Assembly (NCBI GenBank): GCA_964016885.1
Contig: OZ024740.1
Coordinates: 335,668,001-335,732,000 of the forward strand
DNA from: Eledone cirrhosa
Lineage: Eukaryota
Direction: 5' to 3'
Length of the DNA stretch: 64,000 bases
The position numbers and the translations under genes were made by a program. The number at the start of each line of letters is the position of its first letter. The first letter of the stretch is position 1. Below, one piece after another: positions 27,520 through 46,405 of this stretch. The notes beneath the pieces are model-generated. The model ran no database searches and had not been told where the DNA came from. It saw only the letters and a program-made list of their open reading frames with translations.

Positions 27520-27780
27520 CTTTTGCAGCAGTCTCGCATTTCTCATCGGGGATATCGACGCCTGTATTCGTAGGGCTGCTGATGATATATGCAGCGTCCG
27601 GTTTGGTGACAACGGATGGCAACAGGCCACCTTACACGTTACAAACGGTGGCCTCGGTCTCCAGTGTCAAATCACACTGGCTTTTTTTATCTAGAGGGCT
27701 TGCACATGGCCCGCCACAAACATGATAACATTGCCACACTCCATCCGAGTCCGTATTAGATAGCGATGGTGAGTTTTTAA
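27520..27780 (+). pseudogene. Fragment of a CRE-like RLE non-LTR retrotransposon
   Basis: DACIRRAADDICSVRFGDNGWQQATLHVTNGGLGL matches the thumb-region WxQAxLP...GGLG motif. Confidence 0.55.
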
Positions 27781-27890
27781 CACATGAAATCATACGCAAT
27801 TATTTGAAAAAGAATCTATCATGATGATGAATATCAAAGGAGGAACCAATGATCTGGCAAAATGATTTACACACACATATATATACATAC

Positions 27891-27926
<36 letters not shown>

Positions 27927-27939
27927 AGAGAGAGAGAGA

Positions 27940-27981
<42 letters not shown>

Positions 27982-27993
27982 GGGAGAGAGAGA

Positions 27994-28035
<42 letters not shown>

Positions 28036-28279
28036 ACAACGAAGGAGCACACGATTAAACAGCGTGAAAATATATATCAAAGTAAACAAAATATGAAAGA
28101 AATACACATGTAGTGACCAACCAATATGCACAAAACGCAAATAGTGTGTTCGCAATTATCCTTGCTCTTATCTCTTCCGAGTTTTCTATTTCCTGTATAT
28201 GCCCCACGTGTATTTTTAAGGATACTATCATACACAATTTTGAAAACAAAACTGTTATATATACATATATATATATATA

Positions 28280-28598
28280 AACATATTTAATATAGAAATA
28301 GCCTCTAAAGGACTAGAACTGTTTCGTTCGGAGGAAATCATCAGGAAATATTTTTTAAAGAATCCCCATTCTTTAAATCCATCAGCCAATGACCTCCACC
28401 CATCCCAATCACCACCTTCCCCTACAACCAGAACATGTATAAATATCACCATATTACACTGACAGTCGGCTTTCCTGATGATTTCCTCCGAATGAAATAG
28501 TTCTAGTCATGTAGAAGCCATTTTATATTAAATATTTATACTCTGATATGTATTGAGTACCTTACTTACTGTGGTTACCCCCGATTGAACCCGGGGTA

Positions 28599-28600
<2 letters not shown>
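28280..28600 (+). mobile_element. Fold-back mini-element in (TA)n with two oppositely oriented HHRs, family H2
   Basis: 28284-28348 is the inverse of 28471-28537; homologous to 36916-37065 in reverse orientation. Confidence 0.7.
28468..28519 (+). ncRNA. Type I hammerhead motif (inverse copy at 28301-28348)
   Basis: GGCTTTC CTGATGA T-TTC-CTCC-GAA-T GAAA TAG-TTCTAGTC-ATG TA GAAGCC; sister copies give a CAG/CTG helix III. Confidence 0.65.
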
Positions 28601-28644
<44 letters not shown>

Positions 28645-28647
<3 letters not shown>

Positions 28648-29480
28648 CAGATCCTTACGAAGGTCTGACTTCCACACCGATCTCAATCTGTGGCACGCCG
28701 CCCAGGCTTTGCTCTTCCTCTCCTCTCAACCACCTCATCCTCTGTGTTTCAAATCTTTGCTCCCAGATACAGGAAGTTCTCAACCAATTCTAGCGGCTTC
28801 CCGCCTACATTCATAATCCTCTCTGGCTTCTTAATATTCTCTACCAGATACATTGTCTTAATCTCATTCATTCTCATCCCCACACTCATCGACACAGTCT
28901 CCACCTCCTGCATCAACTCCTCTGCCTCCTTCACTGTGTTTGTCACCAGAACTATGTTGTTGGCAAATTCAGCACCTGATATCTTTTTCGCCTTAACTCT
29001 CCTGCTCTGAGCCAGACCTGAAGATCCGTCTCTTCGTTGCTACAGTGGAGTCTGTGCTGCTGTACGGGTCTGAGACTTGGACACTGACTAAGAAATTCAT
29101 TCAGATGGTGGATGGGGGCTGCACGAGAATGCTGATGATGGGTCTGAGACTTGGACACTAACCAAGAAATTCACTCAGATGGTCGATGGGTGCTACACGA
29201 GAATGCTGATGATGGCTCTAAATAAAGAACTCAGAGCTTTAAGGGAGCGCCCAAAAGTCAGCTCGAGAGTAGCACAGAGGAGACCTGGTTAGCTGGACAT
29301 GCTCACCGACATCCAGAGTTGACACTGCGCTCAGTGCTCCCGTGGGAACCCCTGCACGGAGAAACTAGAAGATGTTGATGCCTTAAGGACAGACAGCGAT
29401 CTCTTGGAGACGCCGGACATGGCAGCGATGTTGAGGGAGAGAGACTGCTGGATAGAACTCGTCCATGGATATGGGGAATT
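28645..29480. mobile_element. RTE-like LINE 3' remnants in opposite orientations
   Basis: Minus 28645-28975 reads VGMRMNEIKTMYL...LELVENFLYLGAKI; plus ~29015-29480 reads DLKIRLFVATVESVLLYGSETWTLTK, with a short internal tandem duplication. Confidence 0.75.
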
Positions 29481-29929
29481 TTACAGTCTTAACAGCAAAT
29501 GCTACCCCAGCCTCTCTTCTGGTTCCTTCATTTCTTCCTTTCCAGAAGAATGTATATTCTCCACAAAATTCTGTAAGATGGCCATCTCCAGCTAACCTCG
29601 TCTCAGATAAAGCCACGATGTTAAGATCGTAACGTCGAAGCTCCTTTGCCACAAGAGCGGTCCTTCGTTCAGAACGCTCCAAGGAACCTCTGTCAAGCAG
29701 CGTCCGTACGTTCCAGCAGCCAAGACTAAAAGCCTTGTTTGGCTCTATTACAGTGGCACGATGACGAGCGGGCCCAGGCTGTGATAACCTGGGCCCCTGC
29801 CTTTATTGCCAATTATCTTTTTGGTTCCAGAATCTTTATTGCCAATTATCTATTTTATGTTGTTTTGGAACATCATTGAATTTAAAAAAAAAATAAAAAA
29901 AAGTAATAATAATAGTAACAATAATAATA

Positions 29930-31458
29930 AATCACCTCCTCTTCATGGACGATCTTAAGCTCTTCGGGAAGAGTGAGAAGGAGTTGGATGTGCTTGTTAA
30001 CACTATCCGTATTTTCAGCAATGATATATGTATGCAATTTGGTATTAGTAAGTGTGGAGTCATTGTGATGAGGAGAGGTAAGTTGAGCAGAAGTAACGGA
30101 ATCCAGGTACCAACAGGTGAGATGATAAAGGAAATTGACTCTGAAGAAGGATACAAGTATTTGGGAGTTCTGGAGGCTGATGACATCAAGAACAAAAAAA
30201 TGAAGGAATTGATAAGAACTGAATACATTCGGAGAGTATGAGCGTATTAAAGTCACATCTGAACAGTAGGAATGCCATAAGTGCAGTAAATTCCCGAGCT
30301 GTGTCTATTATTAGGTACAGTGCGGGAATTCTGAGATGGAATGTTGCTGAACAAAAAAGAAATGGATAGGAAGACTAGGAAGCTATTGACTATCTACAAC
30401 ATGTTCCACAAGAGGAGTGATGTCGATAGACTCTACTTAAGGAGATCTGAAGGTGGAAGAGGTCTTATCAGCATAGAGGACTGTGTTCAGATTGAGAAAA
30501 ACAACCTACACAAATACGTGACTGATAGTAAGGAGGCAATGCTCAGAACTGTACTGAAGCAGGGGACAATAGGCCAGGGGATGTCCAAGGAGGAAATAAC
30601 ACCAAGGAGAAAGAGCAGTCTTCAGGAAAAATCCCTTCATAGTACCTTCTTTGAGAAAACTGAATTTAGAGATCCACAGACATGGAACTGGTTGAAAAGA
30701 GGAGACCTTAAAAAGGCTACAGAAGGAATATTAATGGCTGCGCAGGAGCAGGCCCTCAAAACGAAGTGGTTGAAACACCATATTTACAAGGAGGAGGCTA
30801 GCCCATTGTGCATGATCTGTGGAGAGAGAGAGGAGACTGTGGCTCGCATTGTATCCGAGTGTAAACACCTAGCCCAGACTCACTATAAGGGCTGGAGACA
30901 TGATGTGATGGGCAGGGTGATCCACTGGCACCTATGCAAAGTAAACAATTTACCACATTCTGAGAAGTGGTATGAGAATAAGCCAGAGTCGGTGATAGAA
31001 AACGATCAGGTGAAGGTGCTGTGGGATTTTAGGATACAGACGGACAAGAAACTCGAACACAATAGACCTGACCTGGTGGTTGTGGACAAAGAAAAAAGAT
31101 CGTGCCTGATTGTGGATGTGGCCTGCCCATTCGACACGAGAGTGCAAGAGAAGGAGAGGGAGAAAATTAACCGATACCATGACTTAAAGTGGGAGGTAAA
31201 AAGGATTTGGAACTGCCATGAAGTCAAAGTGATCCCGATTGTCATAGGCGCACTAGGGACTATCTCAAAAAGTTTCCAGGGATGGTTAAAGAAAATTGGC
31301 CCCTTCACGCTTTTTGGAACGCTTCAAAAGGCATGCTTGCTGGGAACAGCAAGAACCCTCCGATACATCCTGAATATCTGAGGCTGCAGGTAGTGGCTTG
31401 ATATTCATTTCAACAAACTTTCCAGTTAACTAACATCAATGACTGAGACTCAAAGAAC

Positions 31459-31510
<52 letters not shown>
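29930..31510 (+). mobile_element. 5'-truncated R4/Dong-type LINE (family B) with (TAA)n tail
   Basis: ORFs 29945-30241 and 30341-31381; starts at NHLLFMDD; two frameshifts near 30238 and 30352. Confidence 0.93.
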
Positions 31511-31511
<1 letters not shown>

Positions 31512-31530
31512 ACTATTAATAATTATTAAT

Positions 31531-31718
31531 TAATTGTTTCTACTTTAGGCACATGCCCAGCAATTACCCAGTGCATTACTGGTACTTTATTTTATTGACC
31601 CCGTAAGGATGAAAGGCAAAGTCAACCTTGGCGGGATTTGAACTCAGATCGTAAAGGGACGTAACTATGCTGGAAAGCATGGCGTCCGACCCTCTACCGA
31701 TACTGCCAATCCACCGCC
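31531..31718 (-). mobile_element. SINE S1 with 14-bp TSD, present only in the right arm
   Basis: TSD TAATAATTATTAAT at 31517-31530 and 31721-31734; empty site at ~17064-17083. Confidence 0.93.
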
Positions 31719-32037
31719 TATAATAATTATTAATTAATGCAATCGTGCAATGCCTGTGCGTGACGAATATTTTTAAAGTGAGGAAAGACTGTGCACTGAG
31801 CCAATCCCACTCTCTGAGCGACAGTAGCTATAACCCAAAAAGAAGAAAACATCAACATCATCGGTAACTACTGAGTCGCAGGTTTCATGTCAGAGTTAAC
31901 CCAGTTTCCTGAGATGCCTTCTCCTAGAAGAATTCCCTGACAAGGGCTGGGAGTTCTTCACTCCCAGTGGTTGAACTGCGCAATTGGGTATCCAGCCCGA
32001 ATATTTCTATGTCCCCGCGCATTAATATATATATATA

Positions 32038-35650
<3,613 letters not shown>

Positions 35651-35653
35651 GGC

Positions 35654-35700
<47 letters not shown>

Positions 35701-35703
<3 letters not shown>

Positions 35704-36020
35704 CAAAGAGTTATTTAATTTGTTGGTTATTCAACAAATTTATTTATAACAGATTCAAAGCACTCTACAGTTTTCTCCTGGAGTATAATATCAATAAGAT
35801 TAATAAATGGAAACTATCTTTATAAACCATACTTATTTTATTATATATATTCAAACAGAACTTAAAACGATAAGTTCTTGTTTTTGGATATGTCATTATC
35901 TATAAAACAACTTTTGTATTTTATCTGACGAGATCGTACCAACATTTTGGTACACTTGAAATATATATAATAAAATAAGTATGGTTTTATAAAGATAGAT
36001 TCCATTTATTAATATTATTG
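35701..36020. mobile_element. Fold-back mini-element in (TA)n, diverged member of family H1
   Basis: Arms ~35800-35853 and ~35956-36013; the reverse complement of 35701-35810 aligns with 1515-1630. Confidence 0.7.
35917..35977 (+). ncRNA. Type I hammerhead motif
   Basis: TATTTTAT CTGACGA GAtcGTACCAA-CATT-TTGGTACacTT GAAA TATATA TA ATAAAATA; 8-bp helix I. Confidence 0.75.
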
Positions 36021-36327
36021 ATGCATATATATATATATATAACGTGTGTGTGCGAAAGTTGAAGTAAGGAGTTTTGAAAATAAACACAGCTGGGAATGTT
36101 CGCTTAATCTTCAATTGTTTGTCGTTCTTGTAAAAGCAGTCGTTGTTTAATCGCTTTCCGTTTTTATTTTTATATGTAGATCATAGTTTGCCACCTGCAT
36201 CTCTTTTCATATCTCCTTTTCCTCTCAGACTTTCTCTTCCTCGCTGTACATTCTCTCTTTTTATGCTTGCTCTTTTTATCTGTATCTCTATAAATAGTTC
36301 TTTCTATTCGTATATACATATATACAT

Positions 36328-36382
<55 letters not shown>

Positions 36383-36389
<7 letters not shown>

Positions 36390-36711
36390 AGATTCCTGAA
36401 GCCGACGGCTGAGCTCCAGCCGTTTCAATAGCTAGATCCTAATGTTCGGATCTAGATTTCGAACAGGCCGGAGCTCAGCCGTCGGGGCCCTGAATCTTTT
36501 CATATTACTCACTTTAATACCCCAAGTATCGAGTACTCTGGTGGGTTATGGTCTACCTGTGTTTTAACACACCTTATCTGATATATGTAGAGGGTGTCCT
36601 CCAAAAATGTATCCACAATTTCTTTTACTTGTACGAGCAAAATTTATTAGAATGCTGTTGAAGTGTTTATACATTTTCTTGGAACACCCTGTGTATATAC
36701 ACGCGTGTGTA

Positions 36712-36786
<75 letters not shown>

Positions 36787-36895
36787 TTGGGGAAGTGGTA
36801 AAAACCAGTTAGACCATTACTCACCAGAGTACTTGATACTTGCGGTAGTGGAGTGGGTAATATGAAAAAATTCAGGATCCCTAAACTTTTTCATA
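36383..36895. mobile_element. Fold-back repeat family H3 pieces in (TA)n with an HHR 3'-half remnant
   Basis: 36383-36425 is the inverse of 36457-36504; 36488-36584 is a diverged inverse of 36780-36880; related piece at 37171-37307. Confidence 0.55.
36590..36691. mobile_element. Tc1/mariner-like MITE
   Basis: TIRs (g)AGGGTGTCCTCCAAAAATGTAT and ATACATTTTCTTGGAACACCCTG; TA at left flank. Confidence 0.7.
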
Positions 36896-36915
36896 TATAT
36901 ACCTGTGTGTGTATC

Positions 36916-37065
36916 TCGGGTTCAATCGGGGGTAACCACAGTACGTAAGGTACTCAATACATAGTAGAGTATAAATATTTAATCTAGAAATAGCTTCCAC
37001 AGGACTAGAAATGTTTCATTCGAATAAAACACTTCTAGTCCTGTAGAAGACGTTTCTATATTATA
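36916..37065 (-). mobile_element. Family H2 fold-back copy, truncated before the HHR core
   Basis: Reverse complement aligns with 28489-28594; internal short inversion around 37020. Confidence 0.7.
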
Positions 37066-37073
37066 TATATGTA

Positions 37074-37173
<100 letters not shown>

Positions 37174-37305
37174 AACGAGTAGGACCCCGACGGCTGAGCT
37201 CAAGCCGTTTCGACGGCTAATTCTGGACTAAAAAAATAAATCAATCGTTATCTAGCTCCTATTCCCGTAGTAGAGCACTTTCCGACCCTACCACGTCGCA
37301 TCTTC

Positions 37306-37359
<54 letters not shown>

Positions 37360-37366
<7 letters not shown>

Positions 37367-37660
37367 AAAAAGGGATGAAATCGAAAATGCAACCGAAGTC
37401 TTATTTTTTTTTTAAATATATATATTTATTTGGTTCCTTTACCGGTTTCGCAGTTCTTCTGAGAAAAACCACAGACCCTCCATCTCAACTCACCTTTTGA
37501 AAAGCAGAAGAACTGCGAAACCGGTAAAGGAACCAAATAAATATATATATTTAAAAAAAAAAAAAATAAGACTTCGGTTGCATTTTCGATTTCTTCCCTT
37601 TTTCTTTATACTTCCACTCGTGTAGGACACCTCGGTTAATTTTCATTTTGTAAAAAAAAC
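37360..37660 (+). mobile_element. Solo fold-back terminus of the same Penelope family as 32038-35517
   Basis: Arms 37362-37461 and 37505-37609; identical U3-A8 HHR at 37493-37530; flanked by (TA)n. Confidence 0.85.
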
Positions 37661-37665
37661 CTCAC

Positions 37666-37730
<65 letters not shown>

Positions 37731-38016
37731 AATATATATACAGAGAGAGTGAGAGGGGTATGTGTGTGGGGGGAGATCATTGTAAGAAAATGTAGAAAAT
37801 CTCAAATGCAGAAAATAACTGGAAACGCAGCCGATTGCTATAAATCGAGTAATATACACCTATAACGTGACAAGGTGGCCAACAGTTACAACAGACGATC
37901 TTAGTCTGCGCCTCTCAAATTCCGGTCGAGAGATAAATACTTTGATTCTCTGTTGTGGCTATGTCCAAATTTTCTCGTGTATGAGGGGGATATATTACAC
38001 CCAATTTTTGAAGAAA

Positions 38017-38191
38017 TGGCAGTGATAGTAGTAGTGCGTTTGAACCTATGCTTTGTGGCATAGAGTTACGGCATTTTACGTACCGAATTCAAATCCCACC
38101 GAGGTTAACTTTGCCTTTCGTCCTTATGGTGTCGATAAAATAAAGCTCCCCAAAAATGTATGGCCTTGTGCCAATAGTAGAAACAATTATT
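38017..38191 (+). mobile_element. Older SINE S1-related copy
   Basis: gaattcaaatcccaccgaggttaactttgcctttcgtcc...ggccttgtgccaatagtagaaacaattatt. Confidence 0.75.
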
Positions 38192-39144
38192 TAGAGTAAT
38201 CGACTGTGTTTATAGATACTTTTTGCGTTTGGGTTTTCTACACTTTCTAAGAATTTGAAATCAATCTACGTTCCTCTGGTTTATTTACAAATAGTAATAT
38301 ATCGTTCCTTTCATCTATGTAATTATCTATTCATGGATATGTTTAATTATACTGCCATCATATGTATAACTGTATCTATCTCGGTATTTATTTATTCATA
38401 TACCTCTCCATTTATCTATCTGAGAATTCATCTGTCTCCTCTCTCTCTATCTATCATTGTACATATACGTCTATATATCTCTATATCCCAGTTTATATTT
38501 ATTTGGAGATATATTTATATATATATCTTTCCCTCTATGCGTTTCTTTATATTTTCCTATATCTATTTGCCATCTGAATATATGCATGTATTTAAGCATG
38601 CATGCTCCTATCCCTCTATATAATCAACCTACCTAAAGATTTATCTATCAATGCATACAGTTATATATCAACTACCTATCGCTTTCCATTTACCTATATT
38701 TCATGCCATTACGTAAATTGTCGTTCTCCCTCCCATTTCACTTTTCCTCTCCCTGTCTCTCTCCCCCCTCTCTCTCTCTCTCTCTACCGCTTTCATTCAC
38801 TATTTCCGGTTTCCTTCCTTCCTGTCTGGCATTAATGAAATACTTACATATTCGACATGATCTCAGCAATCGTAGACACTAGATGAAACAGTATATAAAG
38901 CAGTTTACCAACACTATAAACACAACCACTAAAATACAACCATATCTCCACCAGCACCACATTAACAGAGCCTATACTTAGTCACCAGACCAAGTATAGA
39001 AAAATCTTGAAAAAAATGTGGAAGGAAACATTAAAAAAACGTAGTCTTAGGTGTTTCTAAAAAGACACGGTTAGTGAGTGGAACAACTTTGATCATAAGT
39101 CTGCTTGATTACGGTTGGCCTCGAGATAATGAACATAAACATTT

Positions 39145-39248
39145 CTACTACTACTACTACTACCACTACCACTACCACTATCACCACCACCACTACTACT
39201 ACTACTACTATCACCACCACCACTAATACTACTACCACTAACACCACG

Positions 39249-39297
<49 letters not shown>

Positions 39298-39308
39298 ACA
39301 CCACCACT
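39145..39308. repeat. (ACT/ACC)n trinucleotide repeat
   Basis: Direct inspection. Confidence 0.9.
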
Positions 39309-40374
39309 GCTTCTAGTCTAAATGCTGTTGCTAATGTGAGTCATATAACAGATCTCCTTAATTTCATGTGTGATTTCTCATACGTGACTTTTCTCATACG
39401 CCGTTTAAACTTTTACGATATGTGATATAAACAACTACAAAATATTTTGAAGGCTGGCTAAATTTGTCTAACACGTTTCTCTTAGTATTAAAAAAAGATA
39501 TAACATCTATTTGTTTTGTATTTATCTCCTTATTTATCCTATGGTTGTGGTCAAAGTAGATAGTATTCTTTTGATGTTTTTCTTTGTTTCATTTTTCTCT
39601 ATTTCCGATGTAGAAAAATGACAAAGTAACTTGTATAATTAAATCGCTCTCATTGTATATAACCTGGTCTCTTTCTTTTTTAGAAACCTTCTCAGTACAA
39701 ATAAGAAATATTCAAATTACATAATGGTGATTAGAGATGTGAAAACTTACTTACCTTTGAAATGAAAACGTAATTTTACCATCTATTATTTATAGTGATT
39801 GAGTAATGTAAATGCGAGTTATAATAGATAGAGTACCCTTTTCCTTACGTCAATCGGATACGACGGCAATGAGTGGCCAGGTTTTTCTGAACGTAATAGT
39901 TAACGCACTCGCCTGGCTTCCGAGAGAGGTGGAGATCATTTCCTAGTAGGAGCTTCTGTCCACGTTTTGCTCAACTATACATATAGTTATAAATCATGGC
40001 ATACTCTTTAGTTGCAGTGATATTAGAGGTAATTAATTACTTATACAAACATACACGTAAATGAAGCCACGTAATTCGGCTTTTCGGCGCTTGGTCTCAT
40101 GGTTATGCATTTGATCTAGGCGGTACATTGTGCCTTTGTGCAAGTCACTTTATTTCACGTTGTTCAAGATAAAAATGAGCTGTACACACTTACACACTAC
40201 ATCAACCGGAATCTACCTGAAATGTACTTGAAATGGTGCACAGTTGGATTTGTATCTTCTGTTTTAGTCTAGATAAAATATCAAGGAAAACAATGCCCAA
40301 TAAATTGCAAGAGAACTTATTTAGTGTATCTAAAATTAAAAACACTTAACATGTATGTTCTTCCTTATCTTTCG

Positions 40375-40975
40375 GGATCCAGTTATGGCCATCGCTGTAT
40401 AGTGGACGAGCCGGTTCAAAACTGACTTCCCATCTGAATTATAGCAAGAATATTTTTACTTACTACTCCAATATACGACTTGGATGCTACAATAACTCTG
40501 ACTGATAGATCTACCTTGTAGTTTGTTCCCTAGTTTTATACAGTTCTGTTGTATTTTTTATATTAAGTTGTTTCTATTCTAATCGCTTCCTCGTTTATCT
40601 TCTCCAGGTTAGTCTGTGGCTTTTTCTCATAGTGCTTCCCCAATTTTCTGTATATTAGCTCGGTATATGTTGTTCTATCTGTATTGTAAAGGCTATTAGA
40701 TTTAACAGCATGGACGAGGATTCCATCACATTGGTGTCAGTCCATATATTTCGTCACTTATGTTTCTCAGGTGCTTCAGTCCCTTAAAAAGATACTTATT
40801 GAATGTTAGGTTAAAGTGGATAGTGAACATTTCCTTTTTAAATTCTTCCATGCATTCATTTTGTTCATGGATTTCTTCTAGATTTGAATCTACATTCGGT
40901 ATTGAAATGATTATCATTGTTTCCGTTTTTCGGGATTTTCCTTTCATAAAGAGAGGCTCATTAGTGAATTCTACA
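40375..40975 (-). pseudogene. Highly decayed Penelope-like (Naiad-like) N-terminal/RT remnant
   Basis: Minus frames read MEEFKKEMFTIHFNLTF, YTELIYRKLGKHYEK...EKINEEAIRIE and IVASKSYIGVVSKNIL, resembling INKEAK...LINPAKSEIG.ISK.IL. Confidence 0.5.
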
Positions 40976-41179
40976 TAATAAATATAATTATGTAATTATA
41001 GAAACTTCTCTTAACGTTTATTTGTCTGACGATAATTCTTCGTGTTAAACGCGATCCCAAATCAATGTTGGATACATAGTACGAATGTGGAGAGCTTAAT
41101 TCTGTTTAACACTGTAAAGTATTGATTGAGATGATTCAAACGCAATACTCACAAATAAACACTTAAATAGATAAGAACT

Positions 41180-43640
<2,461 letters not shown>

Positions 43641-44411
43641 GTGCTTAATCTTATAATGTTTACATTCAATCTGCAGTAGTGAAAAAAAGGACACTATTTA
43701 AATAAAAATGATATCAGCTCTATGTACGTAGAAGGATGTTTTCTTTGATGATACTTTTTATCTCCTCTTTTTAACTTCCATGAACTTTTGTTTGCTTAGT
43801 ATTCATTATTTTGCAGATTGCGCCATGAGGATACCTAAGACTACTTAATGTCAAACTGATTGTCTGAAACAGTATACCATTATTTGCTTCATGATTACTG
43901 AATATCATCTACTAATATTTGCTTAATGCTTGTTTAATATCTTATATCAATACTTAATTTAAGATTGTGCTATGCCATACATCTGTGCTAAAGTATAGAC
44001 ATTAATTGATTAATTGCGTGCTTCACTGGTTACTATGCATGCACCAATGACTCATGCTGTACAGTACGTTGTCGATTGCTTGATATTATGAAGAAGCACA
44101 TTGATTGGTTGATTCAAGATGTCAATTTTCGTAAGAATTATTTAATACACTGCCACTCAATAGTTGTTGAATTACGTATCTTTACATACTTATTTGCAGC
44201 ATATCGTTGTATAATTATGTATCTATTTATCTATCGGATGAGGCAGCCAAGCTGAATCTTCGATATCACTGTCAGATTTTTACTTAGGAAATAAATTTCT
44301 ACATCCTACACACCATTATTGAGTGTTCATTTCTTTAACGTTTTAACGTTTTAAATACTGCAGCATTTTAAATACATTTTATATCTATTATTCTATCTAT
44401 CTATATCTATA

Positions 44412-44780
44412 TATAACCAAAGATTACTATGGTTCAATGAATACAATTTTACAATTGATTAGAAGCACTCAACAAACAGGTTTACTGGAGTTTTTAATAT
44501 TATTCAAAATATTAACAAATGAAAAATATTCTCATAATCAAAATATATACTGTATTATATATATTTCAAAGGTACTGTGTTGTTTTTTTCAGAACGTCCT
44601 CATCTGCCAATACTGGAATTGAATAATCAAGACTGTAGCGGTACGTCATATATCAAATCATATATTTTGTCTGATGAGCACGTACTGAAAAAAGAACACA
44701 GTACCTTTGAAATATATATAATAAAGTATATATTTTGATTATGAGAATATTTTTCATTTGTTAATATTTTGAATAATATA
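44412..44780. mobile_element. Fold-back mini-element, family H1
   Basis: Arms ~44497-44603 and ~44673-44779; closely homologous to 1281-1630. Confidence 0.8.
44661..44730 (+). ncRNA. Type I hammerhead motif
   Basis: 10-bp helix I TATATTTTGT/ATAAAGTATA; CTGATGA; helix II GTACTG/CAGTAC with a weak base; GAAA TATATA TA. Confidence 0.75.
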
Positions 44781-44794
44781 TGTATATATCTATC

Positions 44795-44912
<118 letters not shown>

Positions 44913-45277
44913 CAAGGTTTAGCAAATAAGAAAAAGGTTTAAAATAAATTTTAAAAAGTTCACTCTACCTGCTGTAATTACCCTTACCGTCAGAGGGTTT
45001 TTTCACTCGGAGAATATAAAATTCCCGAGTTCAAATCACAAACTGACGCCATACAGAACTGTTCCCGAGATAAGAGTGTATGATGAAGAAACAATTTTGT
45101 CTAGTGCTGTGTGTAAAGATAGAAGGCAGGGGCGGAAAGTTAAATGTACTGCCACTAGAAATAGCACCAGTTAAAACGACCAAAATGTTATCTCGACCAG
45201 GGGATATATATGTATATATAATTCGTTTTTGAATTTGTTTTGCGAGATGTCTTGTCTGAAAACGTGTGTTGAAACAG

Positions 45278-45715
45278 ATATTGTTATAGTTTGGGAGGGT
45301 CATGTTACCAATAAAAACACATGCAGCTGTTAGTTTTCATTTCAATTTATTATAAATTTCCGGTTGGGTGGTTGGTTGGTTCGACAACCGGAAGGTTGTT
45401 TATATATTGTCAAAACTCTATCGTCACACATTCTGTGACCTCCTCAGTGACTAGGTTTTTATTTTGTGTGTTTCTCCTTTGTTCTGTCCTACACAAAAAA
45501 AAAAAAAAATGGTGTAGGACAGAACAAAGGAGAGACACACAAAATAAAAACCTAGTCAATGAGGAGGTTACAGAATGTGTGACAAAAGAGCTTTGACAAT
45601 ATATAAACAAGCTTCCGCTTATCTAACCTACCAATCACCGGAAATTTGTAATAAATTGAAGTGAACACTGACAGGTGCGTGTGTTTTTATTGGAAACATG
45701 ACCCTCCCAAAGTAT

Positions 45716-45723
<8 letters not shown>
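45278..45723. repeat. ~445-bp imperfect palindrome with a poly-A loop
   Basis: Arms 45278-45494 and 45512-45723 are reverse complements. Confidence 0.9.
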
Positions 45724-45762
<39 letters not shown>

Positions 45763-45894
45763 GGAGAGAATGAGAGACAGAGAAAGAAAGAGGAGGGAGA
45801 TGGAGGGATAGGGGTAAAATAAAAAAACATAATATAATATGCATACATACATGCACACATACTATACATACATATATGCATGCGTACATACATA

Positions 45895-46405
45895 CTTAAA
45901 TTAAAAACTGCCACCAGATTAAAGCACAACCGGCCTGATATTGTTGTTTGAGATCACACATTGAAAACGTGCTCTGTTGTAGAGATTAGCTGCCCATTTG
46001 ATGTAAATGTTGTAAGAAAAATACAAGAGAAGGAGGACATCTACGGACCATTGATGATCAGTTTGCAGATCCAGTATCCAAGATACACCTTCAGCTTCAT
46101 ACCCATCATTATTGAAACGGACGCCATGCTTTCCAGCATAGTTACGTCCCTTTACGATCTGAGTTCAAATCCCGCCGAGGTTGACTTTGCCTTTCATCCT
46201 TACGGGGTCGATAAAATAAAGTACCAGTAATGCACTGGGTAATTGCTGGCCTTGTGCCAAAAGTAGAAACAATTATTGAAACTACAGGTTATATACCAAC
46301 CCGTTTGGACCAAATGTCGCAGCTCTCTAATCCATAGACTACAAATGGCTGCGATAGCTGGCACCTTCAAAATTTGCAAAACATTCTCGAGATTCAAGGG
46401 ATGAC
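45895..46405 (+). pseudogene. 3' remnant of an RLE-type LINE interrupted by a SINE
   Basis: LKHNRPDIVV*DHTLKTCSVVEISCPFD...KEDIYGPL...FIPIII, resuming after the SINE with LQMAAIAGTFKICKTF. Confidence 0.8.
46118..46271 (+). mobile_element. 5'-truncated SINE S1 with 11-bp TSD
   Basis: TSD ATTATTGAAAC at 46108-46118 and 46272-46282. Confidence 0.92.
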
